From Desulfobulbaceae bacterium (GTDB lineage Bacteria; Desulfobacterota; Desulfobulbia; Desulfobulbales; SURF-16): DNA of 51,588 nucleotides. The notes beneath the pieces were generated by a model, which saw only the letters and a list, made by a program, of their open reading frames with translations, had not been told where the DNA came from and did not search any database. Positions 1 to 10,219 of this stretch are shown piece after piece. The position numbers were made by a program, and so were the translations under genes. The DNA is taken from positions 1 to 51,588 of the forward strand of contig QKJV01000214.1 in the NCBI GenBank assembly GCA_003249165.1, given 5' to 3'. Every line of letters starts with the position of its first letter. Within the stretch, counting starts at the first letter, position 1.

Positions 1-201
1 TCGCTGTATGAGGTGCTGGAAGAAAAAATAATACCGCTTTATTACAAGGTGAACGAAAACGGTGTTCCTGAGGGCTGGGTCAAGGTTATGAAAAACGCAA
101 TTAAAAGTACGGCAGCACAATTTTCTGCCCGCCGTATGGTGCGGGAATATGTAGAGAAATTTTATACTAAAGCCGTGCGTTTTACCATCGTGACAGTGTA
201 A
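1..201 (+). CDS. alpha-glucan phosphorylase, C-terminal fragment (5' truncated by window edge)
   Basis: Frame 1 is open from base 1: SLYEVLEEKIIPLYY...GVPEGWVKVMKNAIKS...FSARRMVREYVEKFY, the typical C-terminus of bacterial alpha-glucan (maltodextrin-type) phosphorylases. Confidence 0.85.
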   Translation, partial: SLYEVLEEKIIPLYYKVNENGVPEGWVKVMKNAIKSTAAQFSARRMVREYVEKFYTKAVRFTIVTV

Positions 202-233
202 TCCGTGTCGCTGTTGATGAGCGAATCTTCAGA

Positions 234-1376
234 CTATTTCTGTTTATCCTCCTTTTTTGTTGCCACTTTCGGTAGATAGTCCTTGAAGGATTCTCCATAA
301 ATTTCCCATATTGCCACAAACAGGGCAGCCAAGATTGGGCCGATCATTATCCCCAAAATACCAAACATTGATATCCCGCCAAGTGTACCGAAGAGAACAA
401 AAAGGTCATGCATACTGGTATCCTTGCCTACCAGTCTGGGCCGGATAATATTGTCAATATTCCCGGCAATAAGACCGCAGACAATGGCAAGAATGACGGC
501 GCCGATGAAATTTTTAAGCAATAACAGGATGAAGAGAGCCGGGAGCCAGATAATTGCCGTTCCTACACTGGGGATGATGGAGAGTACCGCCATCAGAGTC
601 CCCCAAAAAACGGGACTTTGAATGCCGGCCAGCGAAAATCCGATACCGCAGAGAAAACCCTGGAGGATGCCGATGATCAGTGTTCCTTTAATTGTCGCCC
701 TGGCAACGGATGTGAAACGTTGCAGCAGAAGTTGTTCTTCCCTGTCTTCAAGTGGAAGATAATAGAGAATTTTGTAAAGCAGCTTGTGTCCATCGATGAG
801 AAAATAGAACATCGTGTAAAGCATAATTACAGACATCAGTACCGCATTAACGGTCATTTTCGTCATCGAAGACAAAGAGTCAATCAGCAGTGTTGATGCA
901 TTACCGACCAGTCCTCCCAGTTTCTGTATGATAACATCACGGTAGGGAAGTATTTGATCATAGTAGGGAATTTTATGTTGATAATCGGCAAACGCGGAGG
1001 GTTTCTCCAGAAAGGCATGAACCCAGGGTGTAACGGATTGACTGACATTAATTGCCTGGGCGACAACAACACCAATGAGACCTGTTAAAGGTATGAGAAC
1101 TAAACAGACTAGAGTGCCGATGGTCAGAAACGAGGCGAGTGTTTCCCTCCCTCGGCAGAAAATTAGAAGCCTCTGGTACAGCGGGTTGCTTAACGCGCTG
1201 AAAAGTCCTGCCAGAAAAATAGGCATCAGAAACTGGCGGGTCATAACCAGAAAAACAGCTGAAATCCCGAAGACAAAAATCAGCAGTATGGCTTTTTGAG
1301 TAGTCTTTGATGGCATAGAAAGGCGTAATTTTGTGTTGTGTTGTGAAGAAGGAAAGAAGAGATTATGCCTTGACAT
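234..1376 (-). CDS. AI-2E (PerM/TqsA) family transporter
   Basis: Multi-TM protein with the AI-2E signature 'IDNIIRPRLVG...LFGTLGGISMFGILGIMIGP'. The start may be ATG 1316. Confidence 0.9.
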   Translation of the reverse strand: MSRHNLFFPSSQHNTKLRLSMPSKTTQKAILLIFVFGISAVFLVMTRQFLMPIFLAGLFSALSNPLYQRLLIFCRGRETLASFLTIGTLVCLVLIPLTGLIGVVVAQAINVSQSVTPWVHAFLEKPSAFADYQHKIPYYDQILPYRDVIIQKLGGLVGNASTLLIDSLSSMTKMTVNAVLMSVIMLYTMFYFLIDGHKLLYKILYYLPLEDREEQLLLQRFTSVARATIKGTLIIGILQGFLCGIGFSLAGIQSPVFWGTLMAVLSIIPSVGTAIIWLPALFILLLLKNFIGAVILAIVCGLIAGNIDNIIRPRLVGKDTSMHDLFVLFGTLGGISMFGILGIMIGPILAALFVAIWEIYGESFKDYLPKVATKKEDKQK

Positions 1377-1423
1377 GGATCAGTATACAATCAAATAAAA
1401 ATGGTTTGCAAAACAATATCCAT

Positions 1424-4141
1424 TTAGGAAGGTTTCATGCTGCGGCGTATTCTTTTTTCAAGTTCGACAATCAGATAGGCAATAATTCCTGACCCGAAAA
1501 TTTTAATCCAGGCATGAGGAGTGATGGGGGCGCTCTGAAAAAGTCGGTTCATAAACGGTGCGTAGGTATAGACAATCTGGAGCAGAAGCATGAAGGTTGC
1601 CCCGGCAAAAACCCATTGATTGGTGAACAGACCAAGTTCAAAGATTGACTTTTGGAGGGACCGGCAATTTAAAAGATAACAGAGCTCTACGATGACGAAA
1701 GCATTTACCGCAACCGTTCTGGCTTCCGCAAGTGAAGCGCCGGAGTGCAGTTCCCACTGGAAAAGACCGAATGCGGCAAACAGGAGAAGAGCTCCGACAA
1801 GAATGATACGCACATTGAGACAGGATGTGAGAATTGGCGTTTGCGGATTGCGGGGTGACCGGAGCATAATACCCGGTTCTTTTGGTTCAAATGCCAACAT
1901 CAAACCGAGAAAACCGGCAGTAGTCATGTTGATCCAAAGAATCTGCACCGGTAGGATGGGCAGAGTAATTCCAAGGAAAATGGCGAAAAGAATAACAAGC
2001 CCTTCTCCAAGATTGGTGGGAAGAGTCCAGACAATAAATTTTGTTAAATTGTCGAAAACTCCCCGTCCTTCCTCGACAGCTGCTTCAATCGAAGTGAAAT
2101 TATCGTCTGTAAGGACCATATCTGCAGCCTCTTTTGCTACCTCAGTCCCGGTAATTCCCATTGCTACGCCGATATCCGCCTGCTTGAGAGCAGGGGCATC
2201 GTTTACGCCGTCTCCAGTCATCGCCACAACATGACCTTTAGCCTGAAAAGCTTTAACTAAACGCAGTTTCTGCTCGGGAGTTGCCCTGGCAAAGACTGTA
2301 ATGTTTTCTGCCTTGTCGATGAGTTCCTGATCGGAAAGATTTGTAAGATCCTTTCCGGTTAAAACAGCAATTTCCTCTTGTTTTTGAGAGTTATCCAATC
2401 CTATCTGTTGGGCAATTGCAGCTGCAGTAAGAGGATGGTCTCCGGTAATCATTTTTACCCGTATTCCTGCGCCCTGACATGTTTTAACGGCAGATACTGC
2501 AGCTGCTCTTGGAGGGTCAAGCATACCCTGCAGGCCTATAAAAGTCATATCAGATGCAACATCCGCATGATTAATGTTACTTGTTTCCTGTAAAACATCC
2601 TTACGAGCAAAGGCAAGTACCCGTTCCCCCTTTGCCGTCAGTTTTTTGAGCTGAGCTAGTATATCAACTTCCTGAAGCGGAACTTGATTCCCTTTGCCAT
2701 CGAGCTGGTCTCTGCATTTGGCCAGAACAGTTTCAACCCCGCCTTTTAGAAAAATTGTGTTTGAACTGTTCACCTCTGTTTGATGAAGAGTAGCCATATA
2801 TTGGTGTTCGGATTCAAAAGGAATTACGTCTAGGCGGGGATGATTTTGCATCTCGTGATCATAAAGAATTCCAGCTTTAAGCGCTGAAACCAGCAAGGCG
2901 CCTTCCGTCGGATCACCCTGTATCTGCATATTTCCACTGTCATCTTTGATCAATCGGCTGTCGTTACATAGGACTCCGGCGAGGAGACATTGAGTCAAAG
3001 CGGGATGTTGCAGCAATTTAATTTTATTGCCTTTACTTTCAAAGCTTCCGTTATTTGGGTCATATCCGCCCCCTGATACCAAATAGTGGATTCCACCAGC
3101 GTGAACTCCCTTGACGGTCATTTGATTTTCTGTAAGTGTTCCTGTTTTGTCAGAACAAATAACTGTTGTGCTGCCAAGGGTTTCCACCGCCGGTAGTTTG
3201 CGTATAATAGCGTTTCGTCTGGCCATGCGAGAAACACCAATGGCCAATGTAATAGTTACCGCGGCAGGCAAGCCTTCCGGAATGGCACCTACAGCAAGGG
3301 CAACAGCAGCCATAAACATGTCAATAAAGGTTTGCCCACGTAATACTCCAACAACAATGGTCAGGGCGGAAAGTCCGAGAATTACATACAGGAGCATATG
3401 GCTGAACTGAGCAATTTTGCGTGTCAGCGGTGTAGCCAATTCTTCGGATGAAGAAATAAGTTGTGAAATTATGCCAACTTCCGTGTTATCTCCAATTGCG
3501 ACAACAATACCTGTACCTTCCCCGAAAGTTACAAGAGTAGATGCATATGCCATATTCCCCCTGTCGGCCAGCAAAGCATCATCGGGTAATACATTGGATA
3601 ATTTTGTTACGGGAAGCGATTCGCCAGTCAGTGCTGACTCATCGATTTGCAATTCTCTCACCTTAATCAATCGCATATCTGCAGGGACCTTATCGCCACC
3701 TTTGAGATAAACGATATCCCCAATCGTTAAATCGGTTGCCGGAACACGTATTTTTTCACCACGACGAAGAACTGTTGCTTCGGTTGTCATAATGCGGGAA
3801 AGGGCGGCCAGGGCGTTCACAGCCTTGGCCTCCTGGATATAACCGACTATGGCATTAACGATGACCACTCCGAAAATGACTCCGGAATCGACCCATTCAT
3901 GCAAGGCAGCAGTGATAAATCCGGAAGCAATGAGGATGTAGATAAGAGGCTGATGGAACTGCAATAGAAAGCGCAGTAAAGGACTCCTCCCTTTTTTCAC
4001 ACTCAGGGTGTTTGGTCCATACTGTTGCTGACGAATTTTTATTTCAGAAAAAGCGAGGCCATTTTCCTTGTTGCTTTTCAAAAGGATAACTGTTTCATCT
4101 GGGGTCAGTGTATGCCACTTTTTGCTGTGTATGTCGTTCAT
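1424..4141 (-). CDS. cation-transporting P-type ATPase (type IIA, Ca2+/PacL/CtpF-like)
   Basis: TGES, PEGL, DKTGTLT phosphorylation site, MITGD, TGDGVNDAPALK and QILWIN motifs. Confidence 0.95.
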   Translation of the reverse strand: MNDIHSKKWHTLTPDETVILLKSNKENGLAFSEIKIRQQQYGPNTLSVKKGRSPLLRFLLQFHQPLIYILIASGFITAALHEWVDSGVIFGVVIVNAIVGYIQEAKAVNALAALSRIMTTEATVLRRGEKIRVPATDLTIGDIVYLKGGDKVPADMRLIKVRELQIDESALTGESLPVTKLSNVLPDDALLADRGNMAYASTLVTFGEGTGIVVAIGDNTEVGIISQLISSSEELATPLTRKIAQFSHMLLYVILGLSALTIVVGVLRGQTFIDMFMAAVALAVGAIPEGLPAAVTITLAIGVSRMARRNAIIRKLPAVETLGSTTVICSDKTGTLTENQMTVKGVHAGGIHYLVSGGGYDPNNGSFESKGNKIKLLQHPALTQCLLAGVLCNDSRLIKDDSGNMQIQGDPTEGALLVSALKAGILYDHEMQNHPRLDVIPFESEHQYMATLHQTEVNSSNTIFLKGGVETVLAKCRDQLDGKGNQVPLQEVDILAQLKKLTAKGERVLAFARKDVLQETSNINHADVASDMTFIGLQGMLDPPRAAAVSAVKTCQGAGIRVKMITGDHPLTAAAIAQQIGLDNSQKQEEIAVLTGKDLTNLSDQELIDKAENITVFARATPEQKLRLVKAFQAKGHVVAMTGDGVNDAPALKQADIGVAMGITGTEVAKEAADMVLTDDNFTSIEAAVEEGRGVFDNLTKFIVWTLPTNLGEGLVILFAIFLGITLPILPVQILWINMTTAGFLGLMLAFEPKEPGIMLRSPRNPQTPILTSCLNVRIILVGALLLFAAFGLFQWELHSGASLAEARTVAVNAFVIVELCYLLNCRSLQKSIFELGLFTNQWVFAGATFMLLLQIVYTYAPFMNRLFQSAPITPHAWIKIFGSGIIAYLIVELEKRIRRSMKPS

Positions 4142-4237
4142 AACATTATCCCTCCTCGCCGATCATCAAGTAAATTCGTACAGTTCGCCTACGGCATATA
4201 TTCAATAATGCCGTCTTGTTTGGTTTTGAACCATTTT

Positions 4238-5086
4238 TTAACGCCCCTTAGATAACAGTCTCTGTATCCTTTCACGAATAGGTGGATGGGTACTGAAAAG
4301 ATTGGCTATTGTAGAAGCATTGAGGGGATTGACAATATACATCTGAGCAGTTGCCGGATTAACATCCATTGGACGGCGGTGGTTGTATTCATCAAGTTGG
4401 GCAAGAGCATTGGCAAGTCCCTGTGGTTTACCGCAAATAGCAGCACCTGTTGCATCTGCATGATATTCCCTGCTTCTAGAAATAGCCATCTGGATGAGCG
4501 CAGCAGCCAATGGGGCAACTATCATCATGAAAAGGGACCCCAGCAGTCCTCCGCCACCGTCCCCCTCATCGTCGCGTCCAACGCCGAAGATCATGGCCCA
4601 TTGCGCCATGGAAGCCAAAGAACTGATTGCGCCAGCCATTACTGCAGCAATTGAACTGATAAGAATATCTCTGTTTTTTATATGGGCCAACTCATGGGCT
4701 ATAACTCCTTCAAGTTCATCCTGTTTCAGTAAACGTAACAGTCCCTCGGTTACTGCTATGGCAGCATGCTCAGGATTACGTCCTGTGGCAAAAGCATTTG
4801 GCGTATCACTTGCAATCATGTATATTCTTGGCTTGGGAATACCGGCTTTTACGGCAAGCATTTCAACCATAGCATGCAGACGGGGAGTTTGTGCCCGATT
4901 TACCTCTTTTGCCCCGCTCATTCGCAGGGCCAGTTTGTCGCTGTACCAATAAGAGAAGAAGTTCATTGCCAAAGCAAAGAAAAGTGCAATCATCATTCCG
5001 TTTTGCCCACCTAAAGCAGCGCCTGCTACCAGAAACAGCGCGGTAAGCGCAGCCATCAACATAAAAACCTTTGCATAATTTTTCAT
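4238..5086 (-). CDS. htpX: zinc metalloprotease HtpX (M48 family)
   Basis: PNAFATG, HELAH zinc motif, SRSREY.AD and FSTHPP. Start ATG 5086 follows an AGGAGG RBS; the ORF-track N-terminal extension is probably not coding. Confidence 0.93.
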   Translation of the reverse strand: MKNYAKVFMLMAALTALFLVAGAALGGQNGMMIALFFALAMNFFSYWYSDKLALRMSGAKEVNRAQTPRLHAMVEMLAVKAGIPKPRIYMIASDTPNAFATGRNPEHAAIAVTEGLLRLLKQDELEGVIAHELAHIKNRDILISSIAAVMAGAISSLASMAQWAMIFGVGRDDEGDGGGGLLGSLFMMIVAPLAAALIQMAISRSREYHADATGAAICGKPQGLANALAQLDEYNHRRPMDVNPATAQMYIVNPLNASTIANLFSTHPPIRERIQRLLSKGR

Positions 5087-5240
5087 GACTGTTTTGACTC
5101 CTCCTGAGCCAGAATTTTTATTATGTCCAGCAAGACAAAAAATGCTGGAGTTTGAGCTGGACCGCGCATTTTTTATCTTCGACTGATAAGAGATTTCTTT
5201 CCATCTTAATGGAAAGAAATTAAGACAGAAAAATAGTTTG

Positions 5241-5282
5241 ATCAATTAGAAAATATTGATATTATTTTTCGTAAAAATCGAA
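5241..5282. promoter_or_regulatory. putative LysR/NhaR operator region between divergent htpX and nhaR
   Basis: Inverted repeat ATCAAT-N8-ATTGAT (5241-5260) and dyad TTCG-N7-CGAA containing a T-N11-A box (5268-5282) just upstream of the nhaR start. Confidence 0.5.
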
Positions 5283-5293
5283 TGGAATAATAA

Positions 5294-6220
5294 ATGGACT
5301 GGCTTAACTATCATCATCTTTACTATTTCTGGGTCATCATGCGGGAAAAGAGTTTGACGGCTGCGAGCCGAAAACTTAGGTTATCCCCTTCAACAGTCAG
5401 TGCTCAGTTAGCCCGGCTTGAAGAAATGTTAGGTGGTAAACTTTTTCAACGGACAGGCCGCAATTTAAAACCTACAGATCTCGGTCTGCTGGTTTATCGC
5501 TATGCCGATGAGATATTTGCCTTAGGGCGTGAATTAGTGGATACCGTCAAGGGGAGGCCGGAAGTTGGCCCTCTCACTTTAAAAGTGGGCATTGTTGATG
5601 TGTTGCCAAAACTGGTAGCACGGCGTCTTCTGCAGCCTGCCTGGCAACTGTCGGAGCCAGTTCGCCTTATATGTTACGAGGGAAAGGAAGAGAATCTTCT
5701 CGCCTCTCTGGTATTGCACAATCTTGATGTCGTTTTGAGCGATAGACCTGTTGGGGCAGGATTAAGTATAAAGGCATACAATCATCTGCTCGGGGAATGT
5801 GGTATCACTTTTTTTGCAGTTGAAAAACTGGCTCTACCTTTGCGAAATAAATTTCCCTTGACACTCGATAAAGTTCCCATGCTGCTACCTATGAAAATGA
5901 CAGCACTCAGGGGAGGACTGGATCAGTGGTTCGATTCCCTCGGGATTCAACCCCACGTTATCGGTGAATTTGATGACAGTGCTTTGATGATGGTGTTTGG
6001 TCAGGAAGGAGAGGGGGTTTTTGTCGCTCCTTCGGTTATTGAAGATGAGATATTGAGACAGTATCAGGTCGTGGCTATTGGGAGAACAACAGAAGTCACC
6101 GTACGTTTTTACGCAATTTCAGTTGAGAGGATCATCAGTCATCCTGCTGTAATGGCGATCTCTGAGACGGCTCATCAGGAATTTTTCTGTCGTCTTGAGA
6201 GTGAGCAGCGAAAAAAATGA
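5294..6220 (+). CDS. nhaR: LysR-family transcriptional activator NhaR
   Basis: MDWLNYHHLYYFW HTH start, VYRYADEIF, VGIVDVLPK, GEFDDSALM and FYAISVERII.HPAV are NhaR-subfamily hallmarks. Confidence 0.9.
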   Translation: MDWLNYHHLYYFWVIMREKSLTAASRKLRLSPSTVSAQLARLEEMLGGKLFQRTGRNLKPTDLGLLVYRYADEIFALGRELVDTVKGRPEVGPLTLKVGIVDVLPKLVARRLLQPAWQLSEPVRLICYEGKEENLLASLVLHNLDVVLSDRPVGAGLSIKAYNHLLGECGITFFAVEKLALPLRNKFPLTLDKVPMLLPMKMTALRGGLDQWFDSLGIQPHVIGEFDDSALMMVFGQEGEGVFVAPSVIEDEILRQYQVVAIGRTTEVTVRFYAISVERIISHPAVMAISETAHQEFFCRLESEQRKK

Positions 6221-6246
6221 TCAATCGTCCCTGAATTTGTATCACG

Positions 6247-7347
6247 TTATTCCATTCGTTTTTTAAAAAGCCATGTCGCGGTTGATAAAGTGATCAGGGC
6301 GATGATGGCCATAGGCCATGTCTGTCTCCAGACCATGAATGCGTTTATGTCCTTGAGGAAAATTCCTCGCACTATGGTCATGAAATAGCGCAGGGGATTG
6401 CCACGGGTTATGATTTGCAGCCAGGGAGGCATGTTTTCTATGGGGCTTGCGTAGCCGGAAAGGATAACGGCAGGAACGAGAAAAACAAAGGCACCTAGAA
6501 TAGCCTGCTGCTGGGTCATGGAAAGTGAAGAAATAAACAGACCGATGCCAATTATCGCCAGCAGAAATACCATCATACTGCCATAAAGAAGCAGCAAGGA
6601 TCCATTAAACGGTACCCGCATCAGAAAAATTGCAGCCAATACCATGAATGTTCCCTCCAACATGGCGATAATAAGCGCCGGCAATGCTTTGCCAATTAAA
6701 ATTTCCAAGGGATGCAAGGGAGAAACGAGTAATTGATCAAAGGTCCCCATCTCGCGCTCACGCGCAACGGACAACCCGGTAACGAGCAAACTGATCAATG
6801 TAGTAAGAATACAGACTAGGCTGGGTACCGTGTACCAGCGGAAGTCGAGATTGGGGTTAAACCAGTTTCGCGTTACGATCTGTACACTTTTGTTTTTGTT
6901 GTTTGGTAATTCTTGTTGAAACTCATTGATAATTCGAAGTGCATAACCTTGGACTATCTGGGCGGTATTGGTTTTCCGGCCATCAAGAATGAGACTGGCT
7001 ACGGCTTCCTTTTCCTTCGTAATATTAGAGGAAAAATCCTGTGGGATCGATAGAACGGCGATGGCCTGTTGTGTTTGAATAATAGGTGAAATTTCGGATG
7101 GGTTCCCTAAATGGATAATTTTCGTAAATGTACGTGCTGCGGTAAATTTTTGTTCCAAGAGAAAAGCAGATTGGCCGCGGTCAAGGTTGAGGATGGCAAG
7201 TGACTGATTTTTTGCCTCTTGGGTTGCCGCGAAAGAAAAAACAAAGAGCTGGACAAGTGGGGGGACAATAAGAACAAATCTGCTTTTTTTATCCCGCAGA
7301 ATGGCCAGCAATTCCTTAATAATCAGGGCACGAATACGGCTTAACAT
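6247..7347 (-). CDS. ybhR: ABC-2 type exporter permease (YbhR-like)
   Basis: LIIKELLAILRD, WFNPNLD, AREREMGTFDQLLVSP and PIENMP motifs; last gene of a four-gene exporter operon. Confidence 0.85.
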   Translation of the reverse strand: MLSRIRALIIKELLAILRDKKSRFVLIVPPLVQLFVFSFAATQEAKNQSLAILNLDRGQSAFLLEQKFTAARTFTKIIHLGNPSEISPIIQTQQAIAVLSIPQDFSSNITKEKEAVASLILDGRKTNTAQIVQGYALRIINEFQQELPNNKNKSVQIVTRNWFNPNLDFRWYTVPSLVCILTTLISLLVTGLSVAREREMGTFDQLLVSPLHPLEILIGKALPALIIAMLEGTFMVLAAIFLMRVPFNGSLLLLYGSMMVFLLAIIGIGLFISSLSMTQQQAILGAFVFLVPAVILSGYASPIENMPPWLQIITRGNPLRYFMTIVRGIFLKDINAFMVWRQTWPMAIIALITLSTATWLFKKRME

Positions 7348-7349
7348 AT

Positions 7350-8477
7350 TTACCTCAAACGTTTTGCTGTTTTACGGGCGGTAATGAAAAAGAGAATGCC
7401 GGCAAGCAGCAGCAGGATAAGAATGTTTGGTAAAAGCAATCTCCAGACATCTCCAACGAGAAACAGGGTTTGCAGATTGGTTACCAGATATCGGGCTGGA
7501 ATTATACGGGTGAGGGTACGTATCGGCAACGGCATGGAAGCGATTTCGAAGATAAAACCCGATAAAAGAAAAGCCGGTAAAAAGCCGGTGACCATTGCGA
7601 CTTGGGCAGCAACAAACTGATTTTTGGCGACAGTGGAGATGAGCAGTCCCTGGCCTAGGGCTGCCAGCAGAAATGCTATCGAGGTAAGGAGCAGGGCAGT
7701 CAGCGACCCATGAAAAGGAACTTTGAAGAGAAAGACGGCGACTGTAACACTGCCGAGCATGGCAATCATGCCAAGCAAAAAATAGGGAATGAGTTTACCA
7801 ATTATGACTTCTGCAATTCCTACAGGTGTGGCCATCATTGCTTCCATGGTGCCGCGCTCCCACTCGCGGGATACGACCAAGGCGGTCAGCAAGGTGCCGA
7901 TGATAGCCATTATGATGGCTATTGCTCCCGGGACAAGGGAGTCTCGACTCTCTAGTTCCGGATTGAACCAGATTCGCGGTGCAAGGCGAGGGCCATTCAA
8001 TTCGGATTTTCCCTGTTTCAGATTACGGATTGTCGACCAGGTCGACACAACACCCTGACTGTAATTTTGAACGTAGTTGGCAGTATTTGTTTCGCTGCCG
8101 TCCGTTATTACCTGAATCATCGGCTGCTCTGAGACATTTTTGTGGAGTGTTGCTGAAAAATTGTCGGCAATAACAACCATGCCTCTTGAGCGGCCGGCGA
8201 GCAGATCCTCTTCCAAACTCCTTGCATCCCGGTTAATGCGGACATCAAAATATGGACTGGCCTTAAATGAAGCTGCCAGTGAAGCTGCTTCCTCACCATT
8301 GTCCTCCAGAGCAAGACCTATGCGTATTCTTTTGGCATCCAGAGAAACTCCGAAACCAAAAAGAAAAAGGAGGATCGTCGGTAAGACAAAGGCAATGAGT
8401 AAACTGCTCGGGTCCCGCACAACTTGCACGAACTCCTTGGTGATTAAAGCACGAATGCGGCGCAACCGGTCTTTCAT
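7350..8477 (-). CDS. ybhS: ABC-2 type exporter permease (YbhS-like)
   Basis: KEFVQVVRDPSSLLIAF and REWERGTMEAMMATP. ATG 8477 overlaps the upstream stop codon (ATGA). Confidence 0.85.
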   Translation of the reverse strand: MKDRLRRIRALITKEFVQVVRDPSSLLIAFVLPTILLFLFGFGVSLDAKRIRIGLALEDNGEEAASLAASFKASPYFDVRINRDARSLEEDLLAGRSRGMVVIADNFSATLHKNVSEQPMIQVITDGSETNTANYVQNYSQGVVSTWSTIRNLKQGKSELNGPRLAPRIWFNPELESRDSLVPGAIAIIMAIIGTLLTALVVSREWERGTMEAMMATPVGIAEVIIGKLIPYFLLGMIAMLGSVTVAVFLFKVPFHGSLTALLLTSIAFLLAALGQGLLISTVAKNQFVAAQVAMVTGFLPAFLLSGFIFEIASMPLPIRTLTRIIPARYLVTNLQTLFLVGDVWRLLLPNILILLLLAGILFFITARKTAKRLR

Positions 8478-10210
8478 CTTGTCTCCCGATTTTTCTTGTC
8501 CCACTCTCTGATGAGAGCGATAAAGGCATCTTCGAGGGTTGGATCAGGAAGTCGTTCTGATCTTGTAGATTTTTTCAGATCATCCGGAGAGCCGCTGTCT
8601 ATCATGCGTCCCTGATAAATAAGAGCAATCCGGTCGCAGTATTCCGCCTCATCCATAAAGTGAGTAGTTACCAGAACCGTCACCCCGCGCTCCACCAAAG
8701 CGTTAATGTGGGTCCAGAATTCACGGCGGGTAATAGGATCGACACCGGATGTTGGTTCATCAAGGAAAAGCACTGCAGGTTCATGCATCACTGCGCAGCT
8801 TAAGGCCAATCGCTGCTTGAAACCTAGAGGGAGTTCTTTTGCCGCGACTTTCAGATATGGCTGAAGAGAGAAGATTTCAATCATCCGTGCTACGGTGTCT
8901 TTCTGTTTTGTCCCGGCGAGGCCATATACTCCGGAAAAAAATTCCAGATTCTGAAGAGTGGATAGATCACCGTACAGAGAAAATTTCTGTGCCATGTAGC
9001 CCAGACGGGATCTGGCTTTTCCTGGTGCTTTCTGCAGATCGAGTCCTACGACCCGGCCAGCTCCGGCAGATGGACGCAGTAAACCGCACATCATTTTGAA
9101 GGTAGTAGATTTCCCAGCACCGTTAGGACCAAGCAGTCCGAATATTTCACCTCGTCGGATAGAAAAGGTTATGTTTTCTGCCGCTGTAAAATCACCGAAC
9201 CGTTTGGTTAGCCCATCGGCTTCAACAGTTATTGAACCTTCATCCTTGACTTGCGTCATAGAGGCGGCAAGTACTGAATTTCCTCCTGGTCCACCGCCTA
9301 GAATATCGATGAAGGCGTCTTCAAAGCGCGGAGAAACTGAAACAAATTGTGCTGCCGAACCAGCTGCGAAAGTACTCGATTCCGGCAGAGATGCATTGGA
9401 ACGCAGGACAATCCGGACATGTTCTCCCTGAACAATTCCATCCTGGATTTCATCTTGCCGAAGTGCCTGTGCAAGAATTTTTCTGCGATTACCTTTTATG
9501 TTGCGTATTTGGAAACAGCGGTTAGTCACCCGACCAGTTAAGACTGTCGGTGGCCCGCCAAAAATCAGCCTGCCTTCGTTTAACAACAAGACCTCATCAC
9601 ATTGTTCGGCTTCGTCTAAATATGCAGTTGACCAGATTACAACTGTATCATCAGTAACCAATCCACGTACCATGCTCCACAACTCACGTCGACTGACAGG
9701 ATCAACACCTACACTTGGTTCATCAAGTAGAAGCAACTGCGGCTTACGGATTAGGGTACAGGCAAGCCCAAGTTTCTGCTTCATTCCTCCAGACAATCGT
9801 CCGGCCAGCCTTTTTTGGAAGGGCTCCAAACCGGTAAAGCTTAACAATCGCTGGAAGGCCTGAATACGCGCATGGCCTGTTACGCCGTGGAGATCGGCAT
9901 ATAGGCGGAGGTTTTGAATGACGGATAGGTCTTCATACAGTCCGAATTTCTGTGGCATGTAACCGATAATTCTATGCAGATTGGCTGGGTCGTTTCGGGT
10001 GTCAAAACCAAATATACTTATATCGCCGGACGTAGGGAGAAGGAGGGCTGCCATGAGCCGAATCAAAGTTGTTTTGCCTGCGCCGTCAGGCCCGACAAGT
10101 CCTGTTATGGCACCGGAACGGATGATGGCTGAAAAATGGTCAAGGGCAGGAGGCTGATTGTTTCTAAAAGTATATGAAAGGTCCTGCACCGTAACTGATC
10201 CATGATTCAT
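8474..10210 (-). CDS. ybhF: ABC transporter ATP-binding protein with two NBDs (YbhF-like)
   Basis: Two Walker A motifs (GPDGAGKT, GPNGAGKS), LSGGMKQK and degenerate LPLGFKQR signatures, two LDEP motifs. Confidence 0.9.
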   Translation of the reverse strand: MNHGSVTVQDLSYTFRNNQPPALDHFSAIIRSGAITGLVGPDGAGKTTLIRLMAALLLPTSGDISIFGFDTRNDPANLHRIIGYMPQKFGLYEDLSVIQNLRLYADLHGVTGHARIQAFQRLLSFTGLEPFQKRLAGRLSGGMKQKLGLACTLIRKPQLLLLDEPSVGVDPVSRRELWSMVRGLVTDDTVVIWSTAYLDEAEQCDEVLLLNEGRLIFGGPPTVLTGRVTNRCFQIRNIKGNRRKILAQALRQDEIQDGIVQGEHVRIVLRSNASLPESSTFAAGSAAQFVSVSPRFEDAFIDILGGGPGGNSVLAASMTQVKDEGSITVEADGLTKRFGDFTAAENITFSIRRGEIFGLLGPNGAGKSTTFKMMCGLLRPSAGAGRVVGLDLQKAPGKARSRLGYMAQKFSLYGDLSTLQNLEFFSGVYGLAGTKQKDTVARMIEIFSLQPYLKVAAKELPLGFKQRLALSCAVMHEPAVLFLDEPTSGVDPITRREFWTHINALVERGVTVLVTTHFMDEAEYCDRIALIYQGRMIDSGSPDDLKKSTRSERLPDPTLEDAFIALIREWDKKNRETR

Positions 10211-10219
10211 CGTGTTGGT

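Noticed and set aside
1692-2234. 180-aa plus-strand ORF, and the many other short overlapping ORFs in the track
   Set aside because: They are antisense or alternate-frame shadows of confidently assigned genes.
5087-5245. N-terminal extension of HtpX in the ORF track (similar extensions occur at 11228-11320, 12512-12691 and 13236-13331)
   Set aside because: Homology begins at downstream ATGs, supported by clear RBSs for 5086 and 13332; the extensions cover promoter regions or overlap other genes.
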